64,000 nucleotides of DNA, from positions 10,239 through 74,238 of the forward strand of contig CAYGXQ010000004.1 of assembly GCA_964354025.1 (NCBI GenBank), read 5' to 3'. How positions within the stretch are numbered: position 1 is the first letter of the stretch; each line of letters starts with the position of its first letter. The translations under genes and the position numbers were made by a program. Below are positions 38,472-47,155 of the stretch, piece by piece. Source of the stretch: an uncultured Gammaproteobacteria bacterium. Its GTDB lineage: Bacteria; Patescibacteriota; Microgenomatia; 2-02-FULL-39-11. The notes beneath the pieces were generated by a model, which saw only the letters and a program-made list of their open reading frames with translations, was not told the origin of the DNA and searched no databases.

Positions 38472-39785
38472 ATGGCAAGAGCGCATACTCAGTATATCTG
38501 TCAGCAGTGCGGGTACAAGAGCCCGTCATATCTTGGTAAATGCCCAAATTGCGGCACTTGGAACAGTCTGGTGGAAACAATTGAGAAAGAGAGCAGGAGT
38601 CCGTCTTGGGGGAAAAATAAAAGAGAAAGGAAAGACGGTGTAAAAGCTGCTCCTCTTCAAAATGTCCAAACCGCCAAAGTTTCCAGAGTTACAACCGGCA
38701 TAAAAGAAGTTGATCAGGTTTTAGGCGGGGGATTAGTGCCCGGCTCTTTAATCCTTCTGGCCGGTGATCCGGGTATAGGAAAGTCCACTTTGACCCTCCA
38801 AATTATTTCACAAATCGGCGGTTTGTATGTTTCCGGCGAGGAATCGGCTGAACAACTGAAATTGCGCGCCGAAAGGCTCAAACTAAAAAATGACAAGATT
38901 CTTGTTCTTCCCGAGACCAATGTGGAAGCGATAATCGAAGAGTCCAAGGATAACCTCAAAGAAATTAAATTATTGATTGTTGATTCCATCCAGACCCTCT
39001 GGTCGGAAGAATTAAGCGGAAGCCCGGGAGCCATCGGGCAGGTGAGGGAAAGTACCCTGAAATTGCTTGATTTTGCCAAGAAAGAGCATGTACCGATTAT
39101 TTTGATCGGTCATGTGACCAAAGAAGGGACGATCGCCGGACCAAAAACGCTTGAGCACATTGTGGATACGGTTTTGTATCTTGAGGGCGAAAGGTTCCAG
39201 TCTCTTAGGCTTCTTCGTACCAGTAAGAACCGCTTCGGCCCGGTTGATGAAGTCGGTGTTTTTTCCATGGAAGAATCCGGTATGCGGGAAGTTGCTAATC
39301 CGTCTGAACTTTTTCTTGGCAAAGACCAGAAAGCCGCCGGTTCAGTGACGGTAGCCACTTTGGAAGGGACGAGACCGCTTCTGGTGGAAGTGCAGGCTTT
39401 GACGGTGGCTTCGCAGTTGCCCATGCCTCGAAGGATAGGGAATGGTATCAATAACAACCGGCTACAGATGTTAGTGGCCATAATTCAGAAACATTTGAGA
39501 CTACCCCTTGGGAAATTTGATATTTTTGTCAATGTTGCCTCCGGCATCAAAGTTTTTGAGCCGGCGGCAGATCTGGGAATATGTCTGGCCATTGTTTCTT
39601 CTTTCAAAAACAAGCCGTTAACCTCAAAGACCGTGGCGATAGGGGAGGTAGGACTTCTGGGAGAGATTAGAAACGTCATAGGATTAGAACGAAGGATCAA
39701 AGAAGCAAAAAAACTCGGGTTCACCAATATCATTTCTCCCAGAGATTTCCAACATCTCCCGAAAATCGCAAGTGATTTGTTTTAA
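38472..39785 (+). CDS. radA: DNA repair protein RadA/Sms
   Basis: C4 zinc finger CQQCGYKSPSYLGKCPNCGTW, RecA-like GDPGIGKSTL, and a C-terminal Lon-protease-like domain. Confidence 0.9.
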   Translation: MARAHTQYICQQCGYKSPSYLGKCPNCGTWNSLVETIEKESRSPSWGKNKRERKDGVKAAPLQNVQTAKVSRVTTGIKEVDQVLGGGLVPGSLILLAGDPGIGKSTLTLQIISQIGGLYVSGEESAEQLKLRAERLKLKNDKILVLPETNVEAIIEESKDNLKEIKLLIVDSIQTLWSEELSGSPGAIGQVRESTLKLLDFAKKEHVPIILIGHVTKEGTIAGPKTLEHIVDTVLYLEGERFQSLRLLRTSKNRFGPVDEVGVFSMEESGMREVANPSELFLGKDQKAAGSVTVATLEGTRPLLVEVQALTVASQLPMPRRIGNGINNNRLQMLVAIIQKHLRLPLGKFDIFVNVASGIKVFEPAADLGICLAIVSSFKNKPLTSKTVAIGEVGLLGEIRNVIGLERRIKEAKKLGFTNIISPRDFQHLPKIASDLF

Positions 39786-40432
39786 CCAAGTACCCTCTTT
39801 TTGGTAACTTTTTTCTCCACACCTTTATCCACAATCATTGTTAATAAATTTATCAGCTTATTCTATGGCTCTATAATTACATATACATACTATAGGTATA
39901 TAGGTTTTCACGATTTTACAAACTATAGGGTCTTGACAGAGACTTTTACACATGCTAGGATAATTTTAGATATGTTTAAAAAAGTTTTCGCAAAACTATT
40001 TGAAAATAAAAGAAGGGAAACAAGACCGAGAGATTTTGAGTGGGAGAAGTTTCAAAAGACAGCAAAAGAGCAGTTTGTTAAATTGAGGGATAAAGGACTA
40101 AGTATACCGGTGGTTACACTCTAAAAGAAAAGAGCATCACTAACGCTAGCGGGTCATGGCTACGATTAGTAATGCTCTTTAGTAATGGTATTGATCATCA
40201 AATGAGCAGAGATGATCAATTCCTGTAATCTTCTTTATCATAAAAGCTTTTTCCCTGTCAAGAAATTTTTCCTGCGTAAAAATCCTAAAAAAATCGTCAG
40301 ACCGCCAAAAAACACCAACGTTTATTTAGCGTTATCCTTTCCGTCTGTATACTACAAGTAGTGTTTAACATATTATTTTGCTAATTTCATATTTCCTCTT
40401 TCAAATTAGATCGGCAGATTAAGCCGTTATCC

Positions 40433-40461
40433 TTGACAAGTATTTTTCTGAGTGTTAGAAT
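40433..40461 (+). promoter_or_regulatory. sigma70-like promoter (TTGACA-17-TAGAAT)
   Basis: TTGACA at 40433-40438, a 17-nt spacer, then TAGAAT at 40456-40461. Confidence 0.4.
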
Positions 40462-40540
40462 GGCCCGACTGAACTGAATAATCTCTATTCTATGACAAGA
40501 TTGCCCTATAAATTATTTTTGCAGATCATTTCTTTATTTA

Positions 40541-40586
40541 CTCTGGTGGTTGCCGTTTGCGGCAAAAACCAGAGTTTTTCTTTTTA
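40541..40586 (+). terminator. intrinsic terminator hairpin + T-tract
   Basis: CTCTGGTGGTTGCCG-TTTG-CGGCAAAAACCAGAG followed by TTTTTCTTTTT. Confidence 0.5.
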
Positions 40587-40768
40587 TTGCAGGTAAATGT
40601 ATTGATCTTGGGATGGGGAATCGGATGTAGGGCAGGCGTCCGATTTCCCTTTCGAGGGTCAATCGGCAATAATTACGCGTCTAGAGAGTGTAATTTGAGG
40701 AGACTTTGATAATCTTCGTCGTTCCGCTTTCAAAAACCATTTTTTACAGTATTCACGTTAATCCCGCT

Positions 40769-40797
40769 TGACAAGTGGCGCAATTCGCGTTAAAATA
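40769..40797 (+). promoter_or_regulatory. sigma70-like promoter of the COG1373 ATPase gene (TTGACA-17-TAAAAT)
   Basis: CTTGACAAGTGGCGCAATTCGCGTTAAAATAG immediately upstream of ATG 40806. Confidence 0.4.
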
Positions 40798-40805
40798 GTA
40801 ATATT

Positions 40806-41939
40806 ATGCTTATTCCGCGCTTACTCACTGCCACTATTTTGGAGAAACTGAAGTTCTCAAATAAGGGAGTGATTATCTACGGAGCCAGGCAGGTGGGTAA
40901 GACCACGCTGGTAAATGAGGTTATCCGCTTGCTGGGCTTAAGGACTTTGACGGTAAATGGAGATCAAAGTCGTTTTATTGATATCTTTTCAAGCCGCGAT
41001 CTGGCAAAGATAAAATCTTTAACCGAAGGTTACGAATTGCTTTTCGTCGATGAGGCACAGAGGATTCCGGAAATAGGGATTGCCTTAAAAATCATTCTGG
41101 ATAATCTGCCTTCCTTAAAAGTACTGGTGACAGGTTCATCTTCTTTGGATCTGGCGAGCAAAATCAGCGAACCACTGACCGGTCGTGTCTGGAATTACCG
41201 TTTGTATCCGATTTCCTTTCAGGAACTAATGCAAAATCAAAATAAAGCTGAACTTGATACTACTTTGGAAGAAAGGCTGATATACGGGTCGTATCCGGAA
41301 GTATGCCTGATGATCGGTGATGCTCAAAAAAGGGAATATCTGCAAAATTTAAGCGATGCCTATTTATATAAAGATCTAATTGAATTCGGCGAGATAAAAA
41401 ATTCCTCCAAAATCAGGGATCTGGTGAAACTGCTGGCTTTTCAGATAGGCTCGCAGGTTTCTTTGTCGGAGATCGGCAGTCAACTCATGATGAGCAAAGA
41501 TACCGTATCAAGATATATTGATCTTTTAGAAAAATCAAACATTATTTTCCGCCTGAAAGGCCTTAGCCGTAATTTGCGGAAGGAAGTAGTGAAAATGGAT
41601 AAAATATTTTTCTATGATTTGGGAATAAGAAATATTGTGATTGATAATCTTAAACCTTTAAAAGACCGTATTGATACCGGTCAGCTTTGGGAGAATTTTC
41701 TGATAATCGAAAGAATGAAATCATTGGCCTACAGACAGGAATATGCCTCGATATATTTTTGGCGGACTTATACAGGCGCGGAATTGGATTACGTGGAAGA
41801 AAAAGAAGGGAAATTAAGCGGATTTGAATTTAAATTCGGAATAAAAACAGCTAAACCGCCCATCAGCTGGATGAAAACTTATCCCAAATCAGGGTTTAAG
41901 TGTATAAATAGGGACAATTACCTTGATTTTATCCTTTAA
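40806..41939 (+). CDS. COG1373-type AAA+ ATPase (AAA_14 + DUF4143)
   Basis: GARQVGKTTL (Walker A), LFVDEAQ (Walker B) and a C-terminal DUF4143-like region. Confidence 0.65.
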   Translation: MLIPRLLTATILEKLKFSNKGVIIYGARQVGKTTLVNEVIRLLGLRTLTVNGDQSRFIDIFSSRDLAKIKSLTEGYELLFVDEAQRIPEIGIALKIILDNLPSLKVLVTGSSSLDLASKISEPLTGRVWNYRLYPISFQELMQNQNKAELDTTLEERLIYGSYPEVCLMIGDAQKREYLQNLSDAYLYKDLIEFGEIKNSSKIRDLVKLLAFQIGSQVSLSEIGSQLMMSKDTVSRYIDLLEKSNIIFRLKGLSRNLRKEVVKMDKIFFYDLGIRNIVIDNLKPLKDRIDTGQLWENFLIIERMKSLAYRQEYASIYFWRTYTGAELDYVEEKEGKLSGFEFKFGIKTAKPPISWMKTYPKSGFKCINRDNYLDFIL

Positions 41940-44296
41940 TACCTGAAGGTATCCACTTTTATCACCTTCGTTGTTCCGCTTTCGAAGACCACTTTTCCAA
42001 GTTTCAAGACCTTTTCTTCATCAAGAGCCGGGTATTTTTGTCTTTCCAGAGTGCCTAAGAAAATATATTCCACATTGTATTTACGGAGAATCTCCTTGGT
42101 ATTTTCCATGTCTTTTGACTCGTAAATGGCGGCCACTTCCGGGATCCTTTTACCGGCCTCGTCATAACTGCCGCGCCAAAGCCATTCGTGGACCGGCCAG
42201 CCGACAATTGTTGGTAAACCAGTATATGCTGAGACCCGGTCAAAGTCGGTGTAAGAGTCACCGTTGGCCTCTACAATGACCGGTTGTTTGTTGCAGTCGG
42301 TTCCTTCACAGCTGATATTTTTATTCAGCCACATGATGGCGTTGTAATCATCCGGATACTGATTGATCATCCAGCTGATGCCGTTTAAGCTGTAATATTT
42401 TTGCAGGTTGCCGTAATAAGAGTTGATGGCAAATTGGGGATAGATGGCCACCAGGGTAAAAAGAATCAGAAAGCAAAAAGTATAAAGGATAAAACCGATT
42501 TTTCTTCCCCTGTCTTCTTTTTCCGCCCTGATCCGGAAGAAAATATAGGCGCTGGCGATCCCGAGCATCATGAAAGCCTGGTAGCCGAGCTTAAACATGG
42601 TGTTGGCCCGGTAATGGGCCGGATAGATATCCTTGATGTAGAAAAATTCCGGAAAAATTAAAAGAAGTGTAGAGATGAAGATCAGTAAACCAACAAAAAT
42701 ATCGATCGGATTAAGGTTTATAAGCGACGATAACTTATTTTTGAGTTCCCGAAGAGGACGGAGAGAACCGATTTTCGGCCAAATGACCAGCGTCAAAAAA
42801 CCGAAGACGTTAAAATAGAAAAATCCCCACAAGAGAGCCAGCATATAAAGAGGCGACTTCTGGCAATGGTCGGCTTCAAAAAGCAGCGGACCGATTTTTT
42901 TGTCAGCCAGGAATTTCGGCGCGCATAAAACGCCCAGACCGGAAACAAACGGCTTGAAGTTAAGTGAAAATGGAAGGTTAGCCACCAGGAAGAAAAACAG
43001 CAGGAAAAGCGAGGCGGAAAAGGTTTTGTATAAAAGAGCAAATAAAGTCACCTGCTGATCCGTTTTTTTCCTTCTGATGTTGACATAGAGAAAAACCAGA
43101 CCGCACAAAACCATATAAATCAAGCCGTCCCAGGCGTTGGTCATATACATGACCGCCAGGAGTGTTCCCAGTAAGATGATTTTATAAAAAGGGATGGAAG
43201 TATGGTTTTCGAAATCAGCAATGAATGAAGACAGTCTGGATGGGGCAGAAGAGATGTTTTCCAGCCGCTTCTCCTTGCGTTCTTCAATGACGATGGTTAA
43301 AAGCAAAGCAATGATCAAAAAGACCATCGGGATGTCTGAAACGTGTCCATGAAGGTCGGCTACCACAAATGAATAGATGGGAAACTCATGGATGGTAAAA
43401 GGAACAAAGCGGGTGGCGTTGGGATACCAGTACTTTTCCGGGTGATACCCGGCTTCTATTTTCCAAAAAGGGACAGGGTCTTCATTTGGGTAACCGTTGG
43501 TGAAGACATAAATTGTGTGTAAGTTGCCGCCGAGCGAAACCAAAAAAGCGGCCAACAGACCGACTATCAGCAGCTTCAGATTATCCCGGAAATTCAGGGG
43601 CATCTCCCGGACATTTTTCAGGTGTTTTAATTTCAGTTTCAGGTTTTCCCATAAGTGAAGCCTCAGGAAGTAATACAAATTCATAGCGATAGAGAAAGGC
43701 AGGGTAAAAGTGAAGGCGAAGAGGGTAGCGATCATCAGATTATAAGTAATTGCCGAGTCGATCCCGGCAATTTTTGTGAGGAAAGCGTTGATGTAGTGGC
43801 CGTAATAATAATAATTGATGAAATAGCCGCCGGTGTATTCCGGCGATTTGGTCAGCCACATATCAAGGGGCGGGAAGTAGGTGGTCCGCAGGATTGAATT
43901 AACGAAGCCGAAGTCCATATATTTTTCCAGGGAATGGATGGAAGGCTCATTGGCCCGGACATATGACCATAAAGAAAGAGTCAGGAGAAAAAGGCTTTCT
44001 TCAAGGATAATTAACCGCCAGGGAATTTTCGTTTGGCTGTTTTTATTTCTCAAAAACAAGTTAAATAAAGCAAATCCCACCAGAACGACGATGATCGTCA
44101 TTTTGGAAAAGGGGAGGATGTGGAAACTGCCCAGAAGCCAAATAAGGTATGAGGAAGACAGGATGCCGATGATTTTGGAGAAGATGTAGCCTTTATCGAG
44201 AAATTTGCGGAAAATGGAGAAGGTGATCGGGGTGAAAATGCCGCCGATGACGAAAATCGTCAGCCACCAGATTAAAATAGCTGAAACATCAGACAT
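41936..44296 (-). CDS. DUF2298/Chlor_Arch_YYY-family polytopic membrane protein (putative glycosyltransferase)
   Basis: 786 aa, many TM segments, and a YFINYYYYGHY motif matching the YYYxG hallmark of this family. Confidence 0.5.
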   Translation of the reverse strand: MSDVSAILIWWLTIFVIGGIFTPITFSIFRKFLDKGYIFSKIIGILSSSYLIWLLGSFHILPFSKMTIIVVLVGFALFNLFLRNKNSQTKIPWRLIILEESLFLLTLSLWSYVRANEPSIHSLEKYMDFGFVNSILRTTYFPPLDMWLTKSPEYTGGYFINYYYYGHYINAFLTKIAGIDSAITYNLMIATLFAFTFTLPFSIAMNLYYFLRLHLWENLKLKLKHLKNVREMPLNFRDNLKLLIVGLLAAFLVSLGGNLHTIYVFTNGYPNEDPVPFWKIEAGYHPEKYWYPNATRFVPFTIHEFPIYSFVVADLHGHVSDIPMVFLIIALLLTIVIEERKEKRLENISSAPSRLSSFIADFENHTSIPFYKIILLGTLLAVMYMTNAWDGLIYMVLCGLVFLYVNIRRKKTDQQVTLFALLYKTFSASLFLLFFFLVANLPFSLNFKPFVSGLGVLCAPKFLADKKIGPLLFEADHCQKSPLYMLALLWGFFYFNVFGFLTLVIWPKIGSLRPLRELKNKLSSLINLNPIDIFVGLLIFISTLLLIFPEFFYIKDIYPAHYRANTMFKLGYQAFMMLGIASAYIFFRIRAEKEDRGRKIGFILYTFCFLILFTLVAIYPQFAINSYYGNLQKYYSLNGISWMINQYPDDYNAIMWLNKNISCEGTDCNKQPVIVEANGDSYTDFDRVSAYTGLPTIVGWPVHEWLWRGSYDEAGKRIPEVAAIYESKDMENTKEILRKYNVEYIFLGTLERQKYPALDEEKVLKLGKVVFESGTTKVIKVDTFRY

Positions 44297-44352
44297 GATT
44301 CCATCATTATAAAGTCTTTTTCTTCCGTTGAAAAGAGATGATATTGACCTCT

Positions 44353-44751
44353 TCAGAGAAGCTTCACGAAGCCTGATTTTTTAGTTTTCTCAAAAAGTTT
44401 TTTATCAGCGGTGATTAGTTGGGTGTTCAGTCTTTTAGCGAGAAATATATAGGAGTAATCATAAAAACTGATGTTAACATCGTGAGCTTCATTAATTATC
44501 TTATTCCAATCTTGAAAGGTCAAGTCATGGTATGATAAAGGTAATTCTTCAAGAATTTTACCGGCCTGTTCAATTTTATCTTCTGAGTAGGGTTTATGAA
44601 AGAGAAGTGAGTTGCCTATCTCATAATAAAGGAGTCTGGGAACAGACACGGATATTTTTCTCTCTTTAATATCCGCAAATAAAACAAGGGCTTTTTCCGT
44701 TCCCTCTTCAATGATAAACCATTTAAAAATAACGGAAGAATCAAGTATCAT
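44353..44751 (-). CDS. vapC: PIN-domain toxin VapC
   Basis: 132 aa. MILDSSVIFKWF… has PIN acidic residues. It lies directly downstream of the antitoxin, 5 bp apart. Confidence 0.6.
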   Translation of the reverse strand: MILDSSVIFKWFIIEEGTEKALVLFADIKERKISVSVPRLLYYEIGNSLLFHKPYSEDKIEQAGKILEELPLSYHDLTFQDWNKIINEAHDVNISFYDYSYIFLAKRLNTQLITADKKLFEKTKKSGFVKLL

Positions 44752-44756
44752 TATTA

Positions 44757-45092
44757 CTATTTCTCATTCCGGTAATGTGTATGTGTCTTTAACCACTTTT
44801 TACCATAGCGTTCATCACGCATCTTGCGGATAAATTCGGTGGATGATAAACCACCAAAACCATTTTTATTTGATCCCCAAGTCTTCCGCCAGTTTTCAAG
44901 CATTTTTGAAACTCTTTCAAGACGATCTGCATGCTTCTTTTCTTCAATCTCTCTCTTTTTCTCCTCAAAAGGATACATCACCACCACGGGTTCATTTTGT
45001 CTCTCCACGATCATAGGTTCGCCGGTGGCAATCACCCGGTCAATGATTTCCCCGAATTTTTGCCTGAAGGTGAGAGCGCTGACGGTATTCAT
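44757..45092 (-). CDS. Phd/YefM-type antitoxin
   Basis: Start taken at MNTVSALTFRQKFGEIIDRVIATGEPMIVERQNEPVVVMYPFEE (YefM fold). The longer upstream ORF extension is probably not translated. Confidence 0.5.
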   Translation of the reverse strand: MNTVSALTFRQKFGEIIDRVIATGEPMIVERQNEPVVVMYPFEEKKREIEEKKHADRLERVSKMLENWRKTWGSNKNGFGGLSSTEFIRKMRDERYGKKWLKTHTHYRNEK

Positions 45093-45168
45093 TATGATAA
45101 TGATACTATCATATGATATATTATATATCAATTGCTTCCACGGTAACCCTCCACGAGTTTCCGAAAAT

Positions 45169-45272
45169 GTCATTGCGATCCGCCCGCTGGCGGAGAAGCA
45201 ATCCCGTGATGTTACAGTAATTCCTACGGGATCGCCACGGGACGCACCGTCTGGTGCATCCCTCGCGATGAC
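45169..45272. repeat. palindromic ~100-bp dispersed element (GTCATTGCGA…CCGCCCGCTGGCGG…GAAGCAATCCCGT…GGATCGCCACG…CTCGCGATGAC), copy A, intergenic
   Basis: Terminal inverted repeats GTCATTGCGA / TCGCGATGAC and an internal 14-bp palindrome. Shares the GAAGCAATCCCGT and GGATCGCCACG blocks with copies at 46587, 54249, 58407 and 59479. Confidence 0.7.
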
Positions 45273-45347
45273 AAAGTTTTGCCAAATCCTGAACGATTAC
45301 AACCAGACTTGTTTAATCAGGAAGCAGGCATGTTATAATTCTGGAAA

Positions 45348-45915
45348 TATGCGGAAGAAAATCAGGGTTGGTTTTGATTTTGACGGCGTGATTGCCTATA
45401 ACCCATTTCGGGTCTGTCGGGCGCCCCTAACCTTTTTCAAGAAAAGAATATTAGGTGCGCAGAAGTTGAAGTTTTGGTATCCGCGATCCCGCTGGCAGCA
45501 GATTTTTTGGATTATTCTCCATCAGTCAAGTGTCTTTCCGGCCAAAGGGATAAGCCTTTTTAGGGAGATGGTGGAGAAAGAGGTGATTGAAGCCCATATA
45601 ATTACCGGCCGTTACAGTTTCCTGGATGATCATCTGGTCAGATGGTTGGATAAATACAAATTAAAACATCTTTTTAAGACGATCAATGTGAATAAAAAAG
45701 ACGAACAGCCGCACTTGTTTAAGGAAAAAATGCTCAAAGAATATGACTTGCATTACTTCATAGAAGACAATCTGGATATTGTGACTTACCTTCACGGCCG
45801 ACAACGGACGAAGATCTACTGGATCTATAACCTGATCGACAGAAAACATCCGCATCCGTATAAATCACCGCATCTGGAACACGCGCTGAAAGAGATTGCG
45901 AAAAAAATAAAATGA
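45348..45915 (+). CDS. HAD-like hydrolase (tentative)
   Basis: MRKKIRVGFDFDGVIAYNP has a DxDGV motif I of HAD phosphatases. It lies in the 3' part of a longer ORF whose 5' part covers a palindromic repeat. Confidence 0.35.
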
Positions 45916-47114
45916 AAGTTCTTTTTTCCATCACCTACTACACTCCTTATGTCTCCGGATTGACTCTGTATGTCAAAAGGCTGGCTGAGGCGTTGGCAGA
46001 AAAGAGTAATCAGGTATCAGTGATCAGCTTTCAGCATGAAGAGGGATTGCCTTCTGAAGAGAAGATAAATAATATCAGGGTAGTGCGGGTTAAGCCGCTT
46101 TTTAAGATAAGTAAAGGTTTTGTTTCTCTTGGTTGGTTGACGAAGTGCTTCCGCGAGGTGAGGAAACATGAGACGGTGATTATTAATCTGCCGCAGTTTG
46201 AAGGCGTTACTGCGGCACTACTTGGAAAAATCTTCGGCAAAAAAGTCATATCCGTCTATCACTGTGAAGTGGTTTTACCCCGGGGATTTTCCAACCGGAT
46301 CATCAATTGGCTGTTAAACCGGTCAAATAAGATTTCCCTTGCTTTATCGGACACGGTTGTCACTTATACCGAGGACTTTGCCAGTCATTCAAAAATATTA
46401 CTGCCGTATCTCAAAAAAACCAAGTATGTTTATCCACCTATACCTTTGCCAAAGATTGATAAAAGAGTACAAAAAATGATCATGGAGAAAATCGGAAAAA
46501 CAGACTATGTCATCGGCGTGGCCGCGAGGTTAGCGGCGGAAAAGGGAATAGAGTATTTGCTTGAGGCTATACCACTAATACAAAATGTCATTGCGAGGAA
46601 CGAAGCGACGAAGCAATCCCGTGGGGGATCGTCACGCCCCGCCATGGCGGGGCTCGCGATGACATACTCGCCTTTTAAAATTATCATTGCCGGCTCTTTA
46701 GATCCAGTCGGTGAAACAAGTTATAAAAAGAAAATATTACAATTAGTTGAGAAATATAGAGACTACATCATCTTCTTAGGAGAGTTGAAGGAAGAGGAGA
46801 TGGGAGCTTTTTATTCTTTGCTTGATGTCTTGGTGTTGCCGTCCATTAATTCCACCGAGGCTTTCGGCATGGTGCAGGTGGAAGCAATGATGATGGGCGT
46901 GCCGGTGGTGGCAACTAATCTTCCGGGAGTCAGGGTACCGATCCAAAAAACAGGGATGGGGACGGTTGTGCCCGTCAAAAACAGCCAAAAACTGGCGGAA
47001 GCGATTGTAGAAGTCTTAAAAAACAAAAAAGAATATCTTAAAGACAAAGAGATTGTAAAGAGAGAATTTTTGTTTTCTAAGACGGTTGATTTTTACGGTC
47101 AATTATTGACTTGA
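45912..47114 (+). CDS. GT4-family glycosyltransferase (with in-frame repeat-element insertion)
   Basis: The C-terminal VLPSINSTEAFGMVQVEAMMMGVPVVATNLPG matches the GT4 EX7E region. Residues ~227-252 (VIARNEATKQSRGGSSRPAMAGLAMT) are encoded by a 77-bp palindromic element. Confidence 0.75.
   Translation: MKVLFSITYYTPYVSGLTLYVKRLAEALAEKSNQVSVISFQHEEGLPSEEKINNIRVVRVKPLFKISKGFVSLGWLTKCFREVRKHETVIINLPQFEGVTAALLGKIFGKKVISVYHCEVVLPRGFSNRIINWLLNRSNKISLALSDTVVTYTEDFASHSKILLPYLKKTKYVYPPIPLPKIDKRVQKMIMEKIGKTDYVIGVAARLAAEKGIEYLLEAIPLIQNVIARNEATKQSRGGSSRPAMAGLAMTYSPFKIIIAGSLDPVGETSYKKKILQLVEKYRDYIIFLGELKEEEMGAFYSLLDVLVLPSINSTEAFGMVQVEAMMMGVPVVATNLPGVRVPIQKTGMGTVVPVKNSQKLAEAIVEVLKNKKEYLKDKEIVKREFLFSKTVDFYGQLLT
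46587..46663. repeat. palindromic dispersed element, copy B (77 bp), in-frame inside the GT4 CDS
   Basis: GTCATTGCGAGGAACGAAGCGACGAAGCAATCCCGTGGGGGATCGTCACGCCCCGCCATGGCGGGGCTCGCGATGAC. Confidence 0.7.
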
Positions 47115-47155
47115 TATATTTTTTGGTTATTGACAATAACCAAAAATAGAATATA

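Larger units (their letters stand above)
40714..41996 (-). mobile_element. putative integrated cargo islet 3 at the DUF2298 gene 3' end, bounded by a ~31-bp imperfect direct repeat
   Basis: CTTCGTTGTTCCGCTTTCGAAGACCACTTTT (41966-41996, encoding the …KVVFESGTTK C-terminus on the minus strand) recurs at 40714-40745 as CTTCGTCGTTCCGCTTTCAAAAACCATTTTTT (…VFESGTTKI). The only gene between the copies is the COG1373 ATPase. Confidence 0.45.

Noticed and set aside
44824-45347. N-terminal 175 codons of the 363-aa plus-strand ORF
   Set aside because: This part runs antisense through the VapC/antitoxin genes and through palindromic repeat copy A. Only the 3' portion from MRKKIRVGFDFDGV (45348) has a plausible protein signature.
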